A DNA stretch of 64,000 nucleotides from Dehalococcoidia bacterium (lineage in GTDB: Bacteria > Chloroflexota > Dehalococcoidia > Bin125). The DNA is taken from the NCBI GenBank assembly GCA_963663895.2, contig CAXXRD010000003.1, forward strand, positions 224,001 through 288,000, read 5' to 3'. A program made the translations under genes and the position numbers. The notes under the pieces are model-generated. The model did no database searches, had not been told where the DNA came from, and saw only the letters and a program-made list of their open reading frames with translations. This document shows, piece after piece, positions 57,164 through 64,000 of the stretch. Position 1 is the stretch's first letter, and each line of letters begins with the position of its first letter.

Positions 57164-57875
57164 AATTTTCTCCCAGGTAGACCTCAAGCACTTTGGGGTC
57201 CTGCCGCACCGTGTCGGGTGGCCCTTCAGCGATCTTGAAGCCGAAGTCCAAGACGATCAGGCGCTCGCACAAGGCCATCATCATCTTCATGTCATGGTCG
57301 ATGACGGCCACCGTGACGCCCTTCGCGGAGACGGAGCGAATCAGGGTAGAGAGGGCGGCGGTTTCGTTGTCGTTGAGACCGGCAGCAGGCTCGTCAGCCA
57401 GGAGAAGGCGCGGCTGGCCTCCGAGCGCAATCGCCAGTCCCAGCCGGCGCAAGTTGCCGAAGCCCAGGTTGGAAGCGCTCTCTCCGGCGAGATCGTAAAG
57501 GCCAACGAAGTCCAAGACGCGATCGGGGTCACCGAACTCGCCCTGGCGATCACGGCTGTGCTGACAGGCGATCCGAACGTTCTCGCGGACGGAGAGTGCA
57601 GAAAATGCCATCGCCTGCTGAAAAGTACGGCCGATGCCCGCCTTTGCAACGGCATGCGCCGGTCTGCCCGTAATGTCCTCTCCCAGCCACCGAACCGTGC
57701 CGGCGCTCGGAGAATGCACGCCTGTGATCACGTTGAAAAGCGTCGTCTTGCCCGAACCGTTCGGGCCAATGATGCCGAGGATCTCGCCCTCATCGACGTG
57801 CAGGTCAACGCCGGCCAGCGCCGCGACGCCGCCGAAATGCTTCTCGATCCGTTCGACCTCAAGCAGAGCCGACAT
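57141..57875 (-). CDS. livG: LIV-family ABC ATPase (LivG-like), second system
   Basis: KHFGG, GPNGSGKTTLFN, RTFQ, DEPAAGL, DHDM, VLEVYLG. Confidence 0.9.
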   Translation of the reverse strand: MSALLEVERIEKHFGGVAALAGVDLHVDEGEILGIIGPNGSGKTTLFNVITGVHSPSAGTVRWLGEDITGRPAHAVAKAGIGRTFQQAMAFSALSVRENVRIACQHSRDRQGEFGDPDRVLDFVGLYDLAGESASNLGFGNLRRLGLAIALGGQPRLLLADEPAAGLNDNETAALSTLIRSVSAKGVTVAVIDHDMKMMMALCERLIVLDFGFKIAEGPPDTVRQDPKVLEVYLGENFELAGSS

Positions 57876-58103
57876 TCAAGACCTCAGTATGCCAGGTCCG
57901 TCCAAGCCTCGTGCCTGGAAGTCTAGATCGCCGCTCGATTGATCTCGCAAGCGCGCGTTTGTGGATCCGCCCAGCACCGGCGCGCATCGCAGCGCTCCTG
58001 CTCAACGCGTCCGCCAACGCCTCATCGAAACGGGATCGCGCGGTGATGCGCTACTATCCGGCCACTATATCCGGCCGTTAGGGCTAGGAAAGCGAGTACA
58101 TCC

Positions 58104-59177
58104 GTGAAAGTCGGCCTCAACCTCGTTTTCGGCGGCGGCTACAGGAGCGATCAGGATCTGTGGCGGGAAGAGCTCGCGCAAGCGGACCTCGCCGAGCCGC
58201 TTGGCTTCGACTCCGTCTGGGGTACCGAGCACCACTTCACCAACTACATCATCTGCCCAGACGTCCTGCAGTACCTCACTTGGATCGCGGCGCGCACGGA
58301 AGCGATCCAGCTCGGCTCGCAAGTGGTGGTCTTGCCCTGGCACGACCCGCTGCGCGTCGCCGAGCAGGTCGCCCTGCTCGACACGATGTCGAACGGCCGT
58401 TACATCTTCGGCTTCGGGCGCGGTGCCGCGCGGGTCGAGTTCGCCGGGTTCCGCGCACCCATGGAGGAGTCTCGCGGCCGCTATCTCGAGAGCGCCGCCA
58501 TGATCCTGCAAGGGCTCGAGCAAGGCTACGTCGAATACGACGGCGAGTACATCAAGCAGCCGCGCGTCCCAATCCGGCCGACGCCGTTCAAGTCCTTCAA
58601 GGGGCGGAGCTACTCGGCAGCGATCTCACCCGAGTCCATGGGGATCGTCGCTCGATTGGGCGTCGGCCTGCTACTCAACCCGCACAAGCCCTGGGACGTG
58701 CTCAATGCGGAGCTCACAGAGTACCGCAGGATCTTCCGTGAAACGCACGGCAAAGACGCTCCCCCACCGGCCGTCGAAGTCTTCACCCTTTGTCACGCCC
58801 ATCCGGAACGCGCCGAGGATCTGATGCGGACCTATCTGCCGCGCTTCTACCACGACATTCTTCAGCATTACGAGTTCGAGGGAGATCACTTCGAATCGAT
58901 CAAGGGCTACGAATCCTACGGGCAGATGTCGAAAGATCTCCGTACCGTCGGCGAGGATGAAGCAGCCGAGTCCTACTTGGACTTACAGCCCTGGGGAACG
59001 CCGGACCAGTGCATCGAGCAGGTCATCGACATGCAAAAGAAGATCGGAACGGACCACATCAACTTCAGCTTCCGCTTCGCGGACATGCCGCCCGCGGAGG
59101 CGGCGCAGAGCCTGCAGCTCTTCGCACAAGAGGTCCTGCCCGTCATCAAGAAGATCGAGGGGCCGACGCCGGCCTAG
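58104..59177 (+). CDS. LLM-class (luciferase-like) flavin-dependent oxidoreductase
   Basis: AE.LGFDSVW.TEHHF, LP.HDPLRVAEQ.A.LD.MS.GR...G.GRG, GTPDQC. Confidence 0.92.
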   Translation: MKVGLNLVFGGGYRSDQDLWREELAQADLAEPLGFDSVWGTEHHFTNYIICPDVLQYLTWIAARTEAIQLGSQVVVLPWHDPLRVAEQVALLDTMSNGRYIFGFGRGAARVEFAGFRAPMEESRGRYLESAAMILQGLEQGYVEYDGEYIKQPRVPIRPTPFKSFKGRSYSAAISPESMGIVARLGVGLLLNPHKPWDVLNAELTEYRRIFRETHGKDAPPPAVEVFTLCHAHPERAEDLMRTYLPRFYHDILQHYEFEGDHFESIKGYESYGQMSKDLRTVGEDEAAESYLDLQPWGTPDQCIEQVIDMQKKIGTDHINFSFRFADMPPAEAAQSLQLFAQEVLPVIKKIEGPTPA

Positions 59178-59231
59178 CCACGGCTCCCGCGCACGCGACC
59201 ACGAAGCGCGCACCTTGCATGCGGCCGGAGC

Positions 59232-60122
59232 TTAAGAAACCTGCGCGTCCGCGGAGCCCCGCAGCAAACCGCGCGGGCGGACCAAGAGGATCACGATCAT
59301 GAGCCCGAACGCATAGGCGTTCACCCACTCCGGCGCGAAGTAGCCGGCGCTCATCGCTTCGAGCAGCCCCAGCAGCAACGCAGCGATCACCGCGCCCGTC
59401 ACATTGCCAAGGCCGCCGATGATCGCGACGGCGAACCCCTTGATCACAAAGCTGGAGCCCACGAACGGCGTCACGGGGAACAAGGAGATAAGGAGCGCCC
59501 CGCCCAAGCCAGCGATCGCGCTGCCCGCGAAGAACACCAGCATGATATAGCGCCGCACAGGGATACCCATCAGTGCAGCCGTCTCGCGATCCGCCGCGCT
59601 GGCGCGGAGCGCCCGCCCCCAGCGACTCTTGTTGATCCCCAGGTACAGACCAAGGATCAAAGCGGCCGTCGCACCGATGACAAAGATTCGCATTGCCGGT
59701 ACGCGCACATCGCCAACACTCCAGATCGTCTCGATGGGCCTCTGGATCGCCTGCTGCTCGCTTGTGAAGATGTCGGCGACAAAGTGCTGGAGAATGATGA
59801 TCAAGCCGATCGACACAATGAACCCGTTGATCGGCGAATCCAGCGTCGCTCGGAACAGGACCCGCTCCAAAGTGAATCCGAACGCGCCCACGAGTAACAC
59901 CGCCGTCACAAGACCCAAGATGTACAGCTCAAAGCTCTGGCCACCGATCCCAGCCATGGCCACCATCCACCAAACCGCGTAGCCCCCGATCATCAGCATT
60001 TCGCCGTGCGCGAAGTTCACGATCCGCGTCAGGCCGAAGATCATCGTGATCCCGACCGCGACGAGCGCGATGACGCTCGCAATCGAGAGTCCGTTCAGTG
60101 CCTGTTGGAGAAAGATCTCCAC
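59232..60122 (-). CDS. livH: LIV-family permease (LivH-like), second system
   Basis: QQALNGL, G.TMIFG...VNFAHGE, GRALRA...RETAALMG, IIGGLG, RPRGL. Confidence 0.9.
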   Translation of the reverse strand: MEIFLQQALNGLSIASVIALVAVGITMIFGLTRIVNFAHGEMLMIGGYAVWWMVAMAGIGGQSFELYILGLVTAVLLVGAFGFTLERVLFRATLDSPINGFIVSIGLIIILQHFVADIFTSEQQAIQRPIETIWSVGDVRVPAMRIFVIGATAALILGLYLGINKSRWGRALRASAADRETAALMGIPVRRYIMLVFFAGSAIAGLGGALLISLFPVTPFVGSSFVIKGFAVAIIGGLGNVTGAVIAALLLGLLEAMSAGYFAPEWVNAYAFGLMIVILLVRPRGLLRGSADAQVS

Positions 60123-60128
60123 GGACGG

Positions 60129-60530
60129 CTAGACCTTCCAGCGCTCCGCGTCGAAATCTTCCGGAAGGAACACATAGAGCAAGCGGGCGGGCCCTTCCAG
60201 CACCCGGCCGTTGTGGCCCTTGCCGGTGCGGTCGTCGACCATGAACGCCTCCAACGACCCCCATTGCCGCTTCTCCCCCGTACTGGTTTCCGCCTCAAGG
60301 CGTCCCGACAGGACCACGCCGATTAGCTGTTTGGCGCCGTTGTGCCAGCCGGACTCGTATCCCTGAGGCAGATCGAGGAAGAGCACGCCATCGTCCGCAG
60401 TGGGGATCCCGTCCGACGCAAGGTATCGCACGCCGTTCGCGTTTTCGGCCGCGTTGCCACGGGGGATCTCAAGCTCGTCAAAGGACGACTCGCCGCCAAC
60501 GCCGGTGTCGTAGATCCGGGTAATCCTCAC
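60129..60530 (-). CDS. Small cupin-like hypothetical protein
   Basis: AAGGGG RBS before GTG 60530; RIY....GES.F, WHN..KQ...VLSG.LE, DD.TGKGH. Confidence 0.75.
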   Translation of the reverse strand: MRITRIYDTGVGGESSFDELEIPRGNAAENANGVRYLASDGIPTADDGVLFLDLPQGYESGWHNGAKQLIGVVLSGRLEAETSTGEKRQWGSLEAFMVDDRTGKGHNGRVLEGPARLLYVFLPEDFDAERWKV

Positions 60531-60681
60531 GAGCACCCCCTTCGCCGCAGCAACGCGCTGCAGACGCCGCCATGCTAGCAGCGCCAGCACAGGCGCTACG
60601 GTTGTCAGGCGCGGGCGGCATCGCGATACTTCGCCGCGCGTCCCTCGGGCGCGAAACACGGCGTCGATCGGAGGGAGAACC

Positions 60682-61566
60682 ATGGCGGATACCGTCTTCA
60701 GCAGCGGCTTTCGATTCCCCGAAGGCCCATCGTTCGACAAAGAAGGCAACCTTTTCATCGTGGAGCTGGCGCGCCTCTGCGTCACCAAGATCGCACCCGA
60801 CGGCACTTCCACCGTCTTCGCGACACTGGACGGCTCCCCCACGGGAAGCGCATTCGGTCCGGACGGCGCGCTCTACGTCTGCAACGGCGGCGGCCGCTGG
60901 CCGCCGAACGAATCGACCGACAATCAGCCGGGGCCCGCGGACTCCGCGAGCCTCATCCAGCGAGTCACCGCAGACGGATCCTTTTCCACGCTCATCGCGG
61001 AGATCGATGGGACGCCGATCAATTCACCCAACGACATCTGCTTCGACAACCATGGCAACTTCTACTTCACCGACCCCGTCTGGCCGGATGCGGAAGGGAA
61101 CGTGTACGCCGGCACGATCTGCTACAGCACGACCGACGGCCAAGCCAAACGCGCCCATACCGGCCTGCTGTATCCCAACGGCTTGGCCGTCAGCGAAGAC
61201 GGCGGCACCCTGATTGTGGCGGAATCGCTCACCGGAAAGCTGCAAGCGTTCCCGATCCTGGCCCCCGGTGAGCTTGGCGCACCGCGCGAGTACGGATTCC
61301 TGGGCGAGGGGTCGATTCCAGACGGCATGGCCTTCGATAGCGAGGGCCGGCTGCTCTGCGCCGGGCATGGAACCTCGCGCTTCCACGTCTTCCCTCCCGG
61401 CGGGGGAGAGAAAGAAGAGGAGTTGGTGTTCGAGGACGCGGAGGTCTCGAATATCTGCTTCGGCGGACCGAACTTCTCAACCCTGCACATCACCCAGTCC
61501 GGCAAAGGACGGGTTGTGACGCACGAATGGAAAACGCCGGGGATGCGCCTCTTCCCCGATCGCTAG
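60682..61566 (+). CDS. SMP-30/gluconolactonase family protein
   Basis: FPEGP, SPND, YFTDP, YPNGLA.S.DG, PDGMAFD, SNICFGG. Confidence 0.92.
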   Translation: MADTVFSSGFRFPEGPSFDKEGNLFIVELARLCVTKIAPDGTSTVFATLDGSPTGSAFGPDGALYVCNGGGRWPPNESTDNQPGPADSASLIQRVTADGSFSTLIAEIDGTPINSPNDICFDNHGNFYFTDPVWPDAEGNVYAGTICYSTTDGQAKRAHTGLLYPNGLAVSEDGGTLIVAESLTGKLQAFPILAPGELGAPREYGFLGEGSIPDGMAFDSEGRLLCAGHGTSRFHVFPPGGGEKEEELVFEDAEVSNICFGGPNFSTLHITQSGKGRVVTHEWKTPGMRLFPDR

Positions 61567-61632
61567 CGTCCACCTCAGTGGCCATCGGAGGCGCGGCGGC
61601 TTCCGGCCAGCGCCGCCGGAAGGAGCAGGTCT

Positions 61633-62457
61633 TTGCCAAACGTCAACGTGACCTACCCCGCGGACGGCGTCGGCTTGATCGCGGTCGACAATCCGCCGAT
61701 GAACTTCATCACCTATGCCCTGCTGGCGGAGATGGGCGCGGCGCTCGAAGCGATTGAAGAAGCGGGCGCGCGGGTGGTGGTGATCGCTTCGGACGTGCCG
61801 GGCTACTTCATGGCGCACGCCTGGATTCCGGACATCATCGACGTGTTCGAAGGCGGCGAACCGTCAGGCGACCCGCGCAACTGGTTCCGTGTGCTCCAAG
61901 AGCTGCGCAGCGGACCGCTGGTTTCCATCGCTGCCAACAACGGACAAGCCTGGGGCGGCGGCGCCGAGATCTCCTGGGCCTGCAATCTGCGCATCGCCAA
62001 CGAGTCGTCGACCTACGCACAGCCGGAGGTACTGGCAGGGATGATCCCGGGCGCCGGCGGTACCACACGGCTGGCCCGAATCGTCGGCGAAGCGCGCTGC
62101 CTAGAGATCGTCTTGGACGGCCAGCCGATTACGGCGCAGGAAGCGCATCGGATCGGCGCCGTGAACCAGGTTGTACCAGACGCACAGCTCCGCGAGACGG
62201 CGATCGCTTGGGGCGCGCGCCTAGCGAGCCGGCCCGCCCACGCGCTTGCGGGATGCAAGCGCAGTGTCCTTGAGGGGCTCGATCTCCCAATGGAGCAGGC
62301 AGTACGAAACGAAGGAAAGATCCTGGTACCGATCGTCGCCCGGCCTGAGTCCCTGGAGATCCTCCGCAGCGTGCAGGCAAAGTACGACGCCGGGGCGGAC
62401 TCCTACGAAGCGCTCGGCCTCGAAACACGTCCTCCCGCCTCTCCTTCTGCCTCGTAG
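61633..62457 (+). CDS. Enoyl-CoA hydratase/isomerase family protein
   Basis: NPPMN, GGGAE, QPE...G.IPGAGGTTRL.R.VG; both catalytic Glu present. Confidence 0.9.
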   Translation: MPNVNVTYPADGVGLIAVDNPPMNFITYALLAEMGAALEAIEEAGARVVVIASDVPGYFMAHAWIPDIIDVFEGGEPSGDPRNWFRVLQELRSGPLVSIAANNGQAWGGGAEISWACNLRIANESSTYAQPEVLAGMIPGAGGTTRLARIVGEARCLEIVLDGQPITAQEAHRIGAVNQVVPDAQLRETAIAWGARLASRPAHALAGCKRSVLEGLDLPMEQAVRNEGKILVPIVARPESLEILRSVQAKYDAGADSYEALGLETRPPASPSAS

Positions 62458-62582
62458 CGAGGCAAAGGGAGCGGAAAGCGGTGCCTCTCCCTTAACCCTT
62501 GCGAAATTTCCGTCCTTCTGTTAGCGCTGCTCGCAACAAGACTCGCACCCAATGGGGCGGCTTGCGAAAGGAGCGAGACACG

Positions 62583-63941
62583 ATGGATAAGCGTCGATTC
62601 GGACGAAGGAGGATGCTTCCGGTCACCATCCTCCTTGTCTTAGCGGCCCTGGCGCTCGCGCTGGCGGCCGCATGTGGGGGCGACGATGACGCCGAGCCCG
62701 CAGCGGCGGCGGCCGAGCCCGAGCCCGCAGCGGCGGCGGCCGAGCCTGAGCCCGCCCCGGCGCCGGAACCCGAGGTGATGCGAGCCGAGGTAGATGTCGG
62801 CATTCTGGGATCGCAAAGCGGCCCGTGGACGGTCCTCGGCGAAACCCTCCACTACGCACTGCAAATGGCGGCGGCCGAGATTAATGCCGGCCACCAATCC
62901 TGTGTCGACAGCGGGGCCTGTGAGCCCGGCGGCGGCGTGCTTGTTGGAGACACGCTCTACACCATCAACATCCACGCCCGCGACATCCGCTCCGAGAACG
63001 AAGCCGCGCTCGCGGCAGCCGAGGAACTGATCAGTGACGTCGGCGTGCGGTACATGTTCGGCCCGGTGCTGGACCCGTTCGCGATCCTCGTGCAAGAGCT
63101 CACGCAGCCGGAAGGGATCATCCACTTCGGCTCGCCCAGCATCTTCGGCACTATCCTCACTGAGGAATCCGTGGCGCCGGGCGGCGAAAAGCACTACCTC
63201 TTCAAGACGCTCGTCGAGGATGCGGTCTGGCAAGCGATCGTCGCCAAGGCGACGACCGACACCTTCCCGGACGCAACACGGCAGGCGATCCTGATCGGCG
63301 ACGACGCCAACGGCGAATCGATCGCGCGGGGCCTGCAGGATGCTTTTGAACTTCTCGGCCAAGAAGTAGAAGTGGTCTTCTATCCCCCCGGCGAAACCAC
63401 GGACTACGCGCCCTTCCTGACGCGCATCAAGGCGTTCGAGCCCGATGTCGTGCACTTCTACTACAACCCTCCGGAGGAGCAGGCGGCCTTGGAGCAGGCG
63501 CTGGAGCTGGATGTCGCGCCGGCCTACTCTGCCGTGAACATCGATCCGCTTGACTTCCAGGAATTCTTTGGGCCGCTCGAGCAGGACGTCCTGCTGGTGT
63601 GCGTTCCCGTCTGCGTAGCCGGCCTGACCAGCCCGAAGATCAAGGATTACTTCGAACGATACCGGCAACAGGCCGGGGGAGAACTCGGCCCGACCGCCTC
63701 GTTCAGCCTGATGATCTACGACTTCCTCCCGATGCTGGCGGCAGCCTGGAAGAGCGCCGGGACCGTCGATGACGCGGACGCCGTGGTCGCAGCGCTAGAG
63801 ACGATCGAATACGAATCGACGATCGGCCTGCTCAGTTTCGACGACCGCCATATCGTCGATGCGGGGCTCGATTCCTGCTTCGTCAGCGGGGGAGAGTTCG
63901 AGTGCACTCTGATCACGGAGCGGCCTGGATTGGATCGCTAA
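62583..63941 (+). CDS. LIV-family substrate-binding lipoprotein, second system
   Basis: AAGGAG RBS; lipobox AAAC; SG....LG, EINAG, TDYAPFLTRIK, YD...L.AA...AG. Confidence 0.88.
   Translation: MDKRRFGRRRMLPVTILLVLAALALALAAACGGDDDAEPAAAAAEPEPAAAAAEPEPAPAPEPEVMRAEVDVGILGSQSGPWTVLGETLHYALQMAAAEINAGHQSCVDSGACEPGGGVLVGDTLYTINIHARDIRSENEAALAAAEELISDVGVRYMFGPVLDPFAILVQELTQPEGIIHFGSPSIFGTILTEESVAPGGEKHYLFKTLVEDAVWQAIVAKATTDTFPDATRQAILIGDDANGESIARGLQDAFELLGQEVEVVFYPPGETTDYAPFLTRIKAFEPDVVHFYYNPPEEQAALEQALELDVAPAYSAVNIDPLDFQEFFGPLEQDVLLVCVPVCVAGLTSPKIKDYFERYRQQAGGELGPTASFSLMIYDFLPMLAAAWKSAGTVDDADAVVAALETIEYESTIGLLSFDDRHIVDAGLDSCFVSGGEFECTLITERPGLDR
62694..62747 (+). repeat. Two near-exact 27-bp tandem repeats (EPAAAAAEP)
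   Basis: GAGCCCGCAGCGGCGGCGGCCGAGCC[C/T] x2. Confidence 0.85.
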
Positions 63942-64000
63942 AGAAACCGTAACGAACTAAAGCCACGGCAACGGCCGGAAGGGCCGCCTGGCGCGCCCGC

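Noticed and set aside
58055-58076. TATCCGGCC direct repeat before the LLM gene
   Set aside because: Only two 9-bp copies with no second site to support an operator call.

Overview
GC-rich bacterial chromosome segment. The gene set and style suggest Chloroflexota/Dehalococcoidia; this is inference only. Bases 1-36.3 kb are mostly housekeeping: dprA-topA-xerC-aroQ, Xaa-Pro peptidase-efp-xseAB-PHP-purN-like, rluB-cmk-plsC-ispH-DUF512 radical SAM-glmS, dnaG-rpoD, mazG, pcrA, pabB/pabC, a CNNM transporter, a ferritin-like gene and four tRNAs (Phe, Leu, Gln, Asn), with a few surface proteins mixed in. Bases 36.3-64 kb are accessory: (1) an unexplained, extensively base-paired ~250-nt non-coding element right after tRNA-Asn; (2) a six-gene FtsX/MacB-type ABC module with two >1100-aa permeases, two ATPases (one with an AbrB-like tail) and two small antisense membrane-anchored genes; (3) a small defence-like cassette made of a single-chain restriction-modification gene split by a one-base frameshift plus an AT-richer orphan gene; (4) two LIV-type ABC uptake systems, the second interleaved with an LLM monooxygenase, cupin-like, lactonase and enoyl-CoA hydratase genes. 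I also saw several candidate operators (perfect dyad before dnaG, MerR-like dyad before an FmdB gene, SOS-like box before pcrA) and a recurring leaderless-promoter pattern. I saw no CRISPR array, rRNA, transposase or phage genes. All calls come from motif recognition by eye; no searches or folding calculations were run.
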